From assembly GCF_000018785.1 (NCBI RefSeq), contig NC_010163.1, forward strand, positions 420,001 through 452,000: 32,000 bases of DNA, in the 5' to 3' direction. The stretch comes from Acholeplasma laidlawii PG-8A. Its GTDB lineage: Bacteria; Bacillota_I; Bacilli_A; Acholeplasmatales; Acholeplasmataceae. The notes beneath the pieces were generated by a model. It was not told the DNA's origin. It worked only from the letters and a program-made list of their open reading frames with translations, and ran no database searches. Shown in pieces: positions 1 through 10,426 of the stretch. How positions within the stretch are numbered: position 1 is the stretch's first letter; every line of letters begins with the position of its first letter. Position numbers and translations under genes: made by a program.

Positions 1-1083
1 TGATTCGGCTAGAATTCTAGTTGAGTTTGCTAAAGGTACTTCTTTACCACCGTCAAAGAAGAAGGTAACGTGGGGGTATTTTTCAGTCTCAGCTGCACGG
101 ATTTGTTTGAAACCATTTTTTTCAATAACTTCACCGTATAGATCATCAAAAGTTTGAAGTTCGAATGCTAAAGGACCTTTAACAGTTTCTTTATAATGCA
201 TCATAGATACTAAGAAGATATTCTTTGGTGCTTTAGAAACATTTAACATTGGTTTACCTTCTGTGTAAATTGTTTTAGCAGCACTTGGATTAGATAATGC
301 AGTGGCAATACGAATTGCTCTGTCAGGTCTAAAGTTTGCAAAGATGACAGCATCATCGTTTTCGATTAAACCTTTGTCGTTTACGATAAATGGTTTAATG
401 AATTCATCTTGAATACCACTCTTATAACTTGATTCAATACCGTCTAGTGCACTATTAAAGTGTGGGCCATCGCCTAATGTCATTGCATCAAATGCTAATT
501 GAACACGGTCCCAGTTGTTGTCTCTATCCATTGCATAGAATCTACCTGAAACTGTTGCTACATTAAAACCATAATCTACTAAAGTTTTAACGAAACCATA
601 ACCAGATTCTTGTGGCGTATCACGGCCATCAGTGAATACATGTAGGTAAGTTCTGTCTAAGATGTTTTGTTGTTTAGCAAAATCGTATAATGCTAAATAG
701 TGTCCCATTTGGGCATGTACACCACCATCAGAAACTAGACCCATAATGTGTAGTTTAGAATTATGTTTCTTAGCATGTGCTACTGCATCTAAAAATGCTT
801 GATTCTTAAAAAAGGAACCATCTTTAATAGCAACATTAATTCTAGAAAGTGATTGCCAAACAATACGTCCAGCACCTAGGTTTAAGTGACCTACTTCACT
901 ATTACCCATTTGACCTTCTGGTAATCCAACTGCCTCACCAGATGTTACTAGTGTGCTATTTGGATATTCTTTAAGTAAGTTGTCTAAATATGTTGTATCT
1001 GCAAGTGTTACAGAGTTTGAATCAGATGCTGGAGCTATACCAAGACCATCCATGATAATTAAAGCTGCAAATTTTTCTTTCAT
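1..1083 (-). CDS. gpmI: 2,3-bisphosphoglycerate-independent phosphoglycerate mutase (3' end beyond left edge of window)
   Basis: Reverse-strand translation from ATG at 1083 reads MKEKFAALIIMDGLGIAPASDSNSVTLADTTYLDNLLKEYPNSTLVTSGEAVGLPEGQMGNSEVGHLNLGAGRIVWQSLSRINVA, with the GpmI MDG and PEGQMGNSEVGH motifs. Not in the ORF track, presumably because it runs off the window. Confidence 0.97.
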   Translation of the reverse strand, partial: MKEKFAALIIMDGLGIAPASDSNSVTLADTTYLDNLLKEYPNSTLVTSGEAVGLPEGQMGNSEVGHLNLGAGRIVWQSLSRINVAIKDGSFFKNQAFLDAVAHAKKHNSKLHIMGLVSDGGVHAQMGHYLALYDFAKQQNILDRTYLHVFTDGRDTPQESGYGFVKTLVDYGFNVATVSGRFYAMDRDNNWDRVQLAFDAMTLGDGPHFNSALDGIESSYKSGIQDEFIKPFIVNDKGLIENDDAVIFANFRPDRAIRIATALSNPSAAKTIYTEGKPMLNVSKAPKNIFLVSMMHYKETVKGPLAFELQTFDDLYGEVIEKNGFKQIRAAETEKYPHVTFFFDGGKEVPLANSTRILAES

Positions 1084-1353
1084 ATATATACCTCGTTTCT
1101 ATTTCATTAGTATTATACTATACTTTGTAAAACGTTTAATTATTTTATATATATGAAAGGGCATACATTTTAAAAATAAAAAAAATATGTTAAAAATGAG
1201 CATATCTTAGGTGTTAAAACATAATATGATTAGATTGAACAAATCCCATAATTAATATACTTAAACCCATATTTACATTTAGAAATGTTTTAAATTATCG
1301 TTTCTTTGGTATATATTTGTGTAAGATGATATAATTTTTACGAATCCAATTAA

Positions 1354-1473
1354 ATCATCTTCGGGGCGAGGCGCAATTCCTCACCGGCAGTTAAAGTCTG
1401 CGAGCAAATTTTACATTTGCAGGATCCTGTGTAATTCAGGTACCGACAGTATAGTCTGGATGAGAGAAGAAAA
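1354..1473 (+). promoter_or_regulatory. FMN riboswitch (RFN element)
   Basis: Conserved RFN blocks: atcttcggggcgagg..aattcctcaccggcagt..agtctgcgagc..gcaggatcctgtgtaattcaggtaccgacagtatagtctggatgagagaaga, immediately upstream of a RibU-like gene. Confidence 0.95.
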
Positions 1474-1497
1474 TTATTCCTTTTTTAGGTATTTTTG

Positions 1498-1532
1498 GTT
1501 ACCCGAACTTTATTTTGTTGGGTAACTTTTTA
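1498..1532 (+). terminator. Riboswitch expression-platform intrinsic terminator
   Basis: GTTACCC (1498-1504) / GGGTAAC (1520-1526) followed by a T-run, between the RFN aptamer and ribU. Confidence 0.8.
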
Positions 1533-1552
1533 TTTATTAAGGAGGTTGCCAC

Positions 1553-2281
1553 ATGCAACAAATTATAGAGTTTCTACAAAACAATATGCAAATTATAGAG
1601 ATAAGTTTAATTACTATCTTTGCGATTGCATTAATCATCTTATTTATCTTCGCTTTTAGAGTAGAAGGTAAAATCGAAAGTCATACTAAGAGAGTGAAAA
1701 AAATGGTTACCATATCCATTTTATCTGCTATCAGTGTGATACTTTATTATTTCATAAAGTTCCCGCTGGGCTGGATCATACCATTTATTCCACAATTTTT
1801 GGATATTCAATTCTCGGCAGTACCAATTTATATTGGTGGATTTATGTTTGGTCCAATTAGTGGTAGTATAATTGCTATTATTAGGTTCATTGTAAAATTA
1901 CCTGGATCCTCCACACTTGGTACAGGAGAATTAGCTGACTTACTTATTGGACTTGCTACTGTATTAGTATCTTCAATCATGTATCATAGAAATAAGACAA
2001 AAAAGACTGCAAAAAGAGCTTCAATTTCAATTGTATTTGTTTGGGTTATTGCAGCAGTTTTATCTAACTGGTTATTCATATTACCTTTCTATATGAATCT
2101 TTACGGTTTTGATGCTGTCTTAGGGATGTTAACAGTAATACCGGGTGTAAATGAACAAAATTATATGTTGTTATATATTTTATATGCAGTTATACCATTT
2201 AACATTGTTTTATCAGGTATGGTAAGTTTCTTGACATTTGTTTTATACAAACGTTTATCCATTGTTTACAAAAAGATTTAG
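1553..2281 (+). CDS. ribU: ECF transporter S component, riboflavin-specific (RibU-like)
   Basis: Multi-TM protein of 242 aa with FKFPLGWIIPFIPQFLDIQFSAVPIYIGGFMFGPISG; FMN riboswitch upstream; ggaggt RBS. Confidence 0.9.
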   Translation: MQQIIEFLQNNMQIIEISLITIFAIALIILFIFAFRVEGKIESHTKRVKKMVTISILSAISVILYYFIKFPLGWIIPFIPQFLDIQFSAVPIYIGGFMFGPISGSIIAIIRFIVKLPGSSTLGTGELADLLIGLATVLVSSIMYHRNKTKKTAKRASISIVFVWVIAAVLSNWLFILPFYMNLYGFDAVLGMLTVIPGVNEQNYMLLYILYAVIPFNIVLSGMVSFLTFVLYKRLSIVYKKI

Positions 2282-2330
2282 TTAATTATTCTATAATTAG
2301 TGTAAGTATGCGTTTTCATTGCAAGATTAC

Positions 2331-2359
2331 TTTCACTAAAGTTTTAATTATTGTATAAT
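2331..2359 (+). promoter_or_regulatory. Putative sigma-70-type promoter for eno
   Basis: TTTCAC (2331-2336), 17-nt spacer, TATAAT (2354-2359). Confidence 0.6.
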
Positions 2360-2403
2360 ATAGGTGGAAAAATTCTATAAAAAATTTTATAAAGGAGAAT
2401 TAA

Positions 2404-3702
<1,299 letters not shown>

Positions 3703-3720
3703 GTTTAAAACCTTAAAAGA

Positions 3721-3750
3721 AAGTGCTGCAATTTATTTGCAGCACTTTTT
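3721..3750 (+). terminator. Intrinsic terminator after eno
   Basis: AAGTGCTGCAA (3721-3731) / TTGCAGCACTT (3737-3747) then T-run. Confidence 0.93.
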
Positions 3751-3884
3751 ATTATGTTTTATAAGATAAATGATATATATTTCATATATAAAATCCATAT
3801 TCTTTCAGTGAGTGGCTGTTATCATGTTATAATATTTAGTGATAGACATTGAATTAAACATATACATTATGGGGGGGGAATCTT

Positions 3885-4253
3885 ATGAGAATAGCACTTA
3901 TCGCACACGATAAAAAGAAAGATTTAATGATTCAATTTACTAAAGATCATGAAGACTATTTATCAAACCATACATTATACGCAACCGGGACAACTGGTAC
4001 ACGTATTATGGAACACACAAAACTTAAAGTTAATTTAAAGAAATCAGGTCCACTCGGTGGTGACCAAGAAATTGGTTCAATGATCGCTAATGGTAAACTC
4101 GATTTAGTATTTTTCTTTAGAGACCCATTAACTGCTCAACCACATGAACCTGATGTATCTGCACTATTAAGACTTTGTGATGTTTATGATGTTCCACTAG
4201 CAACAAACAATGCTGCTGCGGACTTGTTTATCAAACACTTAAAAGGGAAGTAA
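3885..4253 (+). CDS. mgsA: Methylglyoxal synthase
   Basis: 122 aa with [46 protein letters not shown]. Confidence 0.97.
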   Translation: MRIALIAHDKKKDLMIQFTKDHEDYLSNHTLYATGTTGTRIMEHTKLKVNLKKSGPLGGDQEIGSMIANGKLDLVFFFRDPLTAQPHEPDVSALLRLCDVYDVPLATNNAAADLFIKHLKGK

Positions 4254-4258
4254 TCTAT

Positions 4259-4894
4259 ATGAAACAAGAGTTCACACCTAAAGAACTCCAAAAGATGGAG
4301 CAACAAAGACGTAAAAAAAGAAATGTGAAAGACTTTATTAATAAGGATTATATTGATGAAAAAGGTGATGCCATTGTTGATGTAGTCATCAATGACCGCA
4401 GTCAACTATTTTCACCATATTCTAATAAGATGTTATTAAAAAATGAAATATTTACGTACTTAGATACAATCGCCGATCCGATACCTAATATTTATCCATT
4501 AGTGATTAATTTTATTGTTACAGACTTATCGACCATTAACCAAGAATATGTTAAAGAAGCTTTAAAAAGATATTACTGGTTTAGTTATAAGGCAATGGAA
4601 TCTAAACTAAAAAGAGATTTTATATTTATATTTGTTTATTTTATACTAGGTTTATTATTGATCATTGGTTTTAACTTGATTAATTTTAATGAACTAGGTA
4701 TAAATTCAACTTGGCAAAGTGTTATAGAAAGTGTAATTACTATCTTTGTATGGGTCATTGTATGGGAAGCTATTTCTCAACTCATTATTGGACGTAAAGA
4801 AAAAAAGGATGAAATGCTTAACGAAAAGCAAATGGCTCTAGCAGAAATTAAGTTTTATGAAAGTTTAAGTGATGCAGATACTAAAGTCAATTAA
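4259..4894 (+). CDS. Hypothetical membrane protein (cytosolic N-terminal domain, two predicted TM segments)
   Basis: 211 aa ORF starting 5 nt after mgsA stop; hydrophobic stretches FIFIFVYFILGLLLIIGFNLI and VIESVITIFVWVIVWEAISQLII. Confidence 0.8.
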   Translation: MKQEFTPKELQKMEQQRRKKRNVKDFINKDYIDEKGDAIVDVVINDRSQLFSPYSNKMLLKNEIFTYLDTIADPIPNIYPLVINFIVTDLSTINQEYVKEALKRYYWFSYKAMESKLKRDFIFIFVYFILGLLLIIGFNLINFNELGINSTWQSVIESVITIFVWVIVWEAISQLIIGRKEKKDEMLNEKQMALAEIKFYESLSDADTKVN

Positions 4895-4923
4895 GAAAAA
4901 CAAGAAAAGAGGTGTCTGACACC

Positions 4924-7110
4924 ATGAATAAAGAATTCATTAAATGGTTTTATGACCAAAAAAGTATACAAGTAACTTATGAACTTGTAAAAGAAGTATA
5001 TAAAGAAAAAACAGATGAATTATTAGAAGCACATAAAGAATATTTTGATATTATTGATAACACACATATTCAATTAAAAAAGCGCTATGCATTAGGTAAA
5101 ATTACGATTAAAAGAACTATCGCTTTTTTAATGATGCCAGAAGGCGCAAAAGATATTGCTATTGATTTATTTGATTTAAATGGAGCAATGGAAAGTGATA
5201 TTGTACTTGCAGATATTGTAGGATACAATCCATACATTAAAGAGATTATTCACTCAAATCTAACTAAATTAATCGCAGACGTTAAAATACGTAGTGATAA
5301 GAAGATGAGATTTGATGCCAATGAAGCTCAGAATAAATTGATTATTGTAAAAGATGTACCAGATTACCTTGTAGATGGACATGTGGTGCTACTAGATGTA
5401 ACTGAGGTTACAAGAACTCAAATATTTACCAAATTTAGAGAAGTTATTGGTCATAAAAACGATCCTGACATGGAAATTGTTAAGATTGTTTATGAGTATG
5501 AATGGCCACTTAAATTTAGTAAAGAAGTATTAAATGAACTACATCATATTAAAATTGATCATGAATATGAACGTAAAACAAGAAGAGATATCACAGATAA
5601 ATTAGTTGTAACAATTGATGGTGCAGATGCTAAAGACTTAGATGATGCGATTAGTTTAGAATATTTAGAAAATGGTAACTTCAAATTAGGTGTTCATATT
5701 GCAGACGTCTCATACTTTGTAAAAGAAGGTAGTTATTTAAATGAGGCAGCTTATAACCGTGCAACATCTGTTTATTTAGCAGATAGAGTTATCCCTATGA
5801 TACCTCATGGTTTAAGTAATGATTTATGTAGTTTAAATCCAAACGAAGATAAATACACAATTACTTGTGAAATGGAATTAAACCCTGATATTGAAGTAGT
5901 TAACTATGATATTTATGCATCTATTATTCAAAGTAAACATCGTCTAACTTATCATGATGTCAATCAGTTGTTTAAAGAACATCAATCTACTGGTTTTAAG
6001 GAAGTAGATAAGATGTTATTTACAATGAATGAAATTGCTCAAAAGTTAAAACAAATCCGCACAAAACGTGGTGCGATAGATTTTAATTCTACAGAACTTA
6101 AATTTGTATTAGATGTTAATGGTGATGTTCTAGGTGTTGAAGAGCGTACCACAGATGAGGCGGAAGCACTCATTGAATCTTTCATGATTCTTGCAAATGA
6201 AACGGTCTCAAGACATTTCTTCTTTAATGATTTACCGGGTATCTACAGAGTGCATGAAAAGCCTACTTCTGAAAAATTAGATATTGCTTTTGAATCCAGT
6301 GCTAAACTTGGGTTTCGAGTTGATCAAAGTGCTAAATCAAGTGCTCAAAAACTTCAAAGATTAACCAAGAAAGTTGCCCAGACACCTTACGAATATATCA
6401 TTAACATGATTTTATTAAGAAGTATGCAAAAAGCAATCTACTCAGAAAAACCAATTGGTCACTTCGGTCTAGCTAGTGCATACTACTCACACTTTACATC
6501 ACCGATTAGAAGATATCCTGACCTTTTACTCCACCGTATGATTAGAGACTTAATGCTTAACAATCCGGATGCTGAAACTCTAAAAAAACTAAAGAAACAC
6601 TATAGAGATTTAATGCCTTCCTATTCAGAACATACATCTAATCAAGAACGTCAAGCTGTAAATATGGAAAGAGAAGTCAATAAATTAAAGAGCCGTCAAT
6701 ATATGGCACAATTTATCAATCAATCATTTGATGGACAAATTGTATCGATGATGCCAAGTGGTTTCTTTGTAAAATTAGAAAATGGTATTGAAGGTTTAGT
6801 AAATGTTAGAAACGTTAATCAATATTTAATCTATGATGATGAAGCACTCTTATTTTATACAGAACGTGGTAAAAGATACCGCTTAGGTGATAAAATTAGA
6901 GTGAAACTGATTAAAGTAGATGAAGTGGAAAATAATATCGACTTTACAATTGATCCACAAAATCACGCAGAAGACTATAAAGCACATAAAACAAGTACAT
7001 CTAAGGTCAAGCGTAAACCAAATCCTGCGGATATGGGTAAATCTAGAAAGACTAAATCGAAAGCGCCAAAAAGTGGTAAAAAAGGATTTGGACCTAAGAA
7101 AAACAGATAG
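4924..7110 (+). CDS. rnr: Ribonuclease R (RNB/S1 domains); ATG at 4924 preferred, GTG at 4912 possible
   Basis: DLVDGHVVLLDVTEVTR, DITDKLVVTIDGADAKDLDDAISLEYLENGNFKLGVHIADVSYFV, GHFGLASAYYSHFTSPIRRYPDLLLHR, C-terminal S1 domain and Lys-rich tail. Confidence 0.97.
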   Translation: MNKEFIKWFYDQKSIQVTYELVKEVYKEKTDELLEAHKEYFDIIDNTHIQLKKRYALGKITIKRTIAFLMMPEGAKDIAIDLFDLNGAMESDIVLADIVGYNPYIKEIIHSNLTKLIADVKIRSDKKMRFDANEAQNKLIIVKDVPDYLVDGHVVLLDVTEVTRTQIFTKFREVIGHKNDPDMEIVKIVYEYEWPLKFSKEVLNELHHIKIDHEYERKTRRDITDKLVVTIDGADAKDLDDAISLEYLENGNFKLGVHIADVSYFVKEGSYLNEAAYNRATSVYLADRVIPMIPHGLSNDLCSLNPNEDKYTITCEMELNPDIEVVNYDIYASIIQSKHRLTYHDVNQLFKEHQSTGFKEVDKMLFTMNEIAQKLKQIRTKRGAIDFNSTELKFVLDVNGDVLGVEERTTDEAEALIESFMILANETVSRHFFFNDLPGIYRVHEKPTSEKLDIAFESSAKLGFRVDQSAKSSAQKLQRLTKKVAQTPYEYIINMILLRSMQKAIYSEKPIGHFGLASAYYSHFTSPIRRYPDLLLHRMIRDLMLNNPDAETLKKLKKHYRDLMPSYSEHTSNQERQAVNMEREVNKLKSRQYMAQFINQSFDGQIVSMMPSGFFVKLENGIEGLVNVRNVNQYLIYDDEALLFYTERGKRYRLGDKIRVKLIKVDEVENNIDFTIDPQNHAEDYKAHKTSTSKVKRKPNPADMGKSRKTKSKAPKSGKKGFGPKKNR

Positions 7111-7128
7111 TACATAAAGGAATCTTAC

Positions 7129-7578
7129 ATGAAAATTATTACTCAAAATAAAAAAGCACATTTTGAATATTTTATTGAACAAAAATTCGTGGCTGGTATT
7201 AAACTTCAAGGTAGTGAAGTTAAAAGTATTAGAGCGGGCAAATGTTCAATTAATGAAGCCTATATCACATTTAGAAATGGAGAAGTTTTTATCTTAAACA
7301 TGCACATTGCAAAATTTGATGCATCCTCTATTTTTAATCATGAAGAAACGAGAACTAGAAAACTATTATTAAACAGAAGCGAAATTGATAAACTTATGGG
7401 CGCACAGACTAGAGATGGTATGACCATTATTCCTTTAACTGTAGAACTTCATGAAGGTTTAATTAAAGTAGTTATTGCACTTGCTAAGGGTAAAAAGTTG
7501 TTTGATAAACGTGAAACGATTAAAGAACGTGATATCAAACGTGAACAGCAACAATCACTTAAAGGGAAAATGAGATGA
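7129..7578 (+). CDS. smpB: SsrA-binding protein SmpB
   Basis: NKKAHFEYFIEQKFVAGIKLQGSEVKSIRAGKCSINEAYI..NMHIAKFD; TGA stop. Confidence 0.97.
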   Translation: MKIITQNKKAHFEYFIEQKFVAGIKLQGSEVKSIRAGKCSINEAYITFRNGEVFILNMHIAKFDASSIFNHEETRTRKLLLNRSEIDKLMGAQTRDGMTIIPLTVELHEGLIKVVIALAKGKKLFDKRETIKERDIKREQQQSLKGKMR

Positions 7579-8561
7579 ACCAAAAAATAAAAGTGGGATT
7601 AATGCTTGGTGGCGGTGGTGCAAAGGGTAGTTACCAACTAGGTGTCATCAAGGCATTAGAAGAATTAAATCTCTTAAAACACATTGATGCGATATCAGGT
7701 GTTTCAATAGGTGCAATCAACACACTTTTATTAATGAGCAAAAAAAGCCATAAAGAAATGGTGAAAATTTGGGATATCATGGACTCTGAAAATGTCTTTG
7801 GTACCAAACAATCTATCTTAAAAGAAAAAAGACTTTATGATTTTAGACCGGTCGCACAAAAGCTAATTGAAAGTGTCGATCTTAAACGCATTAAAAGATC
7901 TAAATATCAAGGTTTCGCAACTGCAGCACGTATTTATGATAAGGAATCATTTATTCATCAAATTAAAACAGATACTATGGAAAAGAAAGTATTTCATTTA
8001 AATGAAGAAGATGATCCGTTTATCTCGGTGATGGCCTCTTCTTCAATTCCGCTTGTATTTGGTCCGACAACCATTGGTGAACATAAATATGTAGATGGTG
8101 GTGTTATTGATAACTATCCAGTTCAACCATTAATTGAAGCAGGGTGTAACTTTATTTTTGCAATTGCATTAGATTACGGGTTTAACCCACATATTTATGA
8201 TAATTATGATATTACGATTGTTAACTTTACATCAACTTCTGCATTTGAATCGAATCGTTTAGCGGATATGCTAGATGTTGTGAAGTTTAATCTGGAGTTT
8301 AAAACTGAAAAAGAAGAACTTGGATACTATGTAGCTAAAACAATGATTTCAAAAATGATAGATGAACGCATGATTAAGCGTTCCTTTGGCTTTACATCCT
8401 TTATAAAAAAGACTGGGTTTAAAGTCTTAGAATTATCAAAATTTGAAGAGATGTTTGTAAAACATAAAAAAAATCAAGAACGAACTAAACTAAGAAAAAT
8501 GATTAAAGAAAATAAAAAGTTAAGAAAAAAATCAAAAGGGGTAGAACAAATCAATGAATGA
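7575..8561 (+). CDS. Patatin-like phospholipase family protein
   Basis: GLMLGGGGAKGSYQLGVIKAL, nucleophile elbow GVSIG, YVDGGVIDNYPV. Confidence 0.92.
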   Translation: MNQKIKVGLMLGGGGAKGSYQLGVIKALEELNLLKHIDAISGVSIGAINTLLLMSKKSHKEMVKIWDIMDSENVFGTKQSILKEKRLYDFRPVAQKLIESVDLKRIKRSKYQGFATAARIYDKESFIHQIKTDTMEKKVFHLNEEDDPFISVMASSSIPLVFGPTTIGEHKYVDGGVIDNYPVQPLIEAGCNFIFAIALDYGFNPHIYDNYDITIVNFTSTSAFESNRLADMLDVVKFNLEFKTEKEELGYYVAKTMISKMIDERMIKRSFGFTSFIKKTGFKVLELSKFEEMFVKHKKNQERTKLRKMIKENKKLRKKSKGVEQINE

Positions 8562-9429
8562 GTTAGATATTATACGCTTTATACAAGGTATTAGAAATCC
8601 TTTTTTAGATACACTCATGGAACTCTTAACAGAGTTAGGTGATCAACTCGTATTTATTGCGATTGCATTAGTAATCTATTGGTTTTTTAATAAAAGGGTA
8701 GCATTTAAGCTCGTATTTGTATTTATTAGTAGTGCTATTATAAATGAACTATTAAAAGGAATTATCGCAAGAAATAGACCGTATGTTGAAGATCCATCCC
8801 TTGGTGTAGGTACCCTTACTCACGGCTATAGTTTCCCTTCAGGACATGCTCAAAATACAGGTGTGATTACAACGGTTTTATACCAAAATTATTCAAAGAA
8901 ATCGAACTGGTTAAAATGGGTATTACTGGCTGCATTAATTATTGTGCCATTTACCCGCATGTACTTGGGTCAACACTACTTAACAGATGTACTTGCAGGT
9001 TTAGCCTTAGGTATTGTTATAGCACTTGGTGTTTCTAAAATAGTGGATATGATGGACGATAAAGAACACTTATTTGGATTACTCATCACAATCCCATTAG
9101 TTGTTATCGTATTTATTGTTTCAACATTTAGACAATCATATGATGAACTTAAAAACCTATTTGTTGCAGTAGGTGGCTTAACTGGATTCTTTGTCGGTTA
9201 TGCAGTAGATAAACTATATATAAAATATAATGACTTACCAAAAGGCATTAAGATTTTATATAGAGCACTAATTGGTGCTTTAATTGTTGGTGTATTCTAT
9301 CTAGGATTAAGTTTCTTATTTGATATGATTGCAGTCGATAATTTATACTTAGATTTTGTTAGATACCTATTTGTAGGCTTTGGTGGTAGCGCAATTTCTA
9401 TGTTTGCATTTAAAAAGTTAAAGGTGTAA
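8554..9429 (+). CDS. PAP2-superfamily membrane phosphatase
   Basis: Phosphatase motifs KGIIARNRPYVEDP, YSFPSGHAQ, RMYLGQHYLTDVLAG; multi-TM. Confidence 0.92.
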   Translation: MNELDIIRFIQGIRNPFLDTLMELLTELGDQLVFIAIALVIYWFFNKRVAFKLVFVFISSAIINELLKGIIARNRPYVEDPSLGVGTLTHGYSFPSGHAQNTGVITTVLYQNYSKKSNWLKWVLLAALIIVPFTRMYLGQHYLTDVLAGLALGIVIALGVSKIVDMMDDKEHLFGLLITIPLVVIVFIVSTFRQSYDELKNLFVAVGGLTGFFVGYAVDKLYIKYNDLPKGIKILYRALIGALIVGVFYLGLSFLFDMIAVDNLYLDFVRYLFVGFGGSAISMFAFKKLKV

Positions 9430-9430
9430 T

Positions 9431-9844
9431 ATGGTATTTCATAAATCGTTTAAAGAGTTAACCAAAGAAGAACTTGTTGAAATATTTAAGCTAAGACAAA
9501 CTGTTTTTATGGTTGAACAAGAAATTATTGAAGTTGATATTGATGACCATGATCTTGTATGTGAACACTTGTTTATCAAAAAAGATGGAAAAATTGTTTC
9601 ATATGCGAGACTTATAGAAGAAAAAGAAGAACTTTATATTGGTAGAGTAGCAACTCTAAAAGAATATAGAAAAAGAGGTTTTACTACTGAAATCATTAAA
9701 TACTTACAAGAAAGACATGATGTACTTGCTGTAAGTAGTCAAGATATTAGAATAGATTTCTATAAGAAGTTAGATTTTAAAGTCGTTGGAAGAAAATATA
9801 AAGATGCAGGTATTTGGCATCAAAAAATGGTCTATATTAAGTAG
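9431..9844 (+). CDS. GNAT-family N-acetyltransferase (ElaA-like)
   Basis: LRQTVFMVEQEI, DDHDLVCEHLFI, IGRVATLKEYRKRGFTTEII, DFYKKLDFKVVGRKYKDAGIWHQKM. Confidence 0.85.
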   Translation: MVFHKSFKELTKEELVEIFKLRQTVFMVEQEIIEVDIDDHDLVCEHLFIKKDGKIVSYARLIEEKEELYIGRVATLKEYRKRGFTTEIIKYLQERHDVLAVSSQDIRIDFYKKLDFKVVGRKYKDAGIWHQKMVYIK

Positions 9845-9858
9845 ACCATTTTTCACTT

Positions 9859-9935
9859 GTATCCGTAGCTTAACTGGATAAAGCATTCCCCTCCGAAGGG
9901 AAAGAGTGTCAGTTCAAACCTGATCGGATACACCA
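9859..9935 (+). tRNA. tRNA-Arg (anticodon CCG), CCA encoded
   Basis: Manual cloverleaf: GTATCCG/CGGATAC acceptor, GCTT..AAGC D-stem, TTCCC-CTCCGAA-GGGAA anticodon arm, GTCAG-TTCAAAC-CTGAT T-arm, A discriminator + CCA; 77 nt. Confidence 0.96.
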
Positions 9936-9983
9936 TTATTTATTTAATTTTTGACTATTAATTAATATTTTAGAGGAATAAAA

Positions 9984-10355
9984 ATGGCTAAAAGAGTTTA
10001 TTTTGTACTGATGTTAACTTTACTAACACTTTTAATCTACTTAGTTTTTAAAATTAAGTTTATGTCATATACATCAATCGTTATCCTTACAGTAACTACA
10101 TTACTACTCGATATAGTATACACTTATAAAAATCCTAAATACAGTAAAGTATTGGTTATCTCTGATTTATTATCAATAGTGATATTTAGTGTATATATAG
10201 TATTTGCTATAAATGAAAATCCACCAGTAAATGCAGGTGATTTTTCATTATTACCAATCTTGTTATTTGTTGTATCACTTCCATTAATTATAACAACACA
10301 TCTGGCAATGAATATAAAAGTGATTTTAGACTCACAAAACAAGGTATCAAGTTGA
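9984..10355 (+). CDS. Hypothetical small multi-TM membrane protein
   Basis: 123 aa ORF with about four hydrophobic segments and an upstream aggaa-type RBS. Confidence 0.7.
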   Translation: MAKRVYFVLMLTLLTLLIYLVFKIKFMSYTSIVILTVTTLLLDIVYTYKNPKYSKVLVISDLLSIVIFSVYIVFAINENPPVNAGDFSLLPILLFVVSLPLIITTHLAMNIKVILDSQNKVSS

Positions 10356-10426
10356 ATTGACTTTGAAAAGTCGTTTTTTTGGCTCTAATGTGCTAAAATA
10401 GAACTATAAAATTTAGGGGTGACTAT

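Noticed and set aside
953-1156. 67-aa plus-strand ORF
   Set aside because: Antisense to the gpmI N-terminus and its upstream region; no RBS or recognisable product.
6883-7209. 108-aa minus-strand ORF, and 65-aa ORF 6920-7117 in an alternate frame
   Set aside because: Overlap the rnr S1/Lys-rich tail and smpB start; low-complexity out-of-frame translations.
7575-8561. Patatin-like protein considered as a CBASS-type phospholipase effector
   Set aside because: No nucleotidyltransferase (CD-NTase) or other defence partner is adjacent, and the flanking smpB and PAP2 genes suggest a chromosomal lipid-metabolism role.
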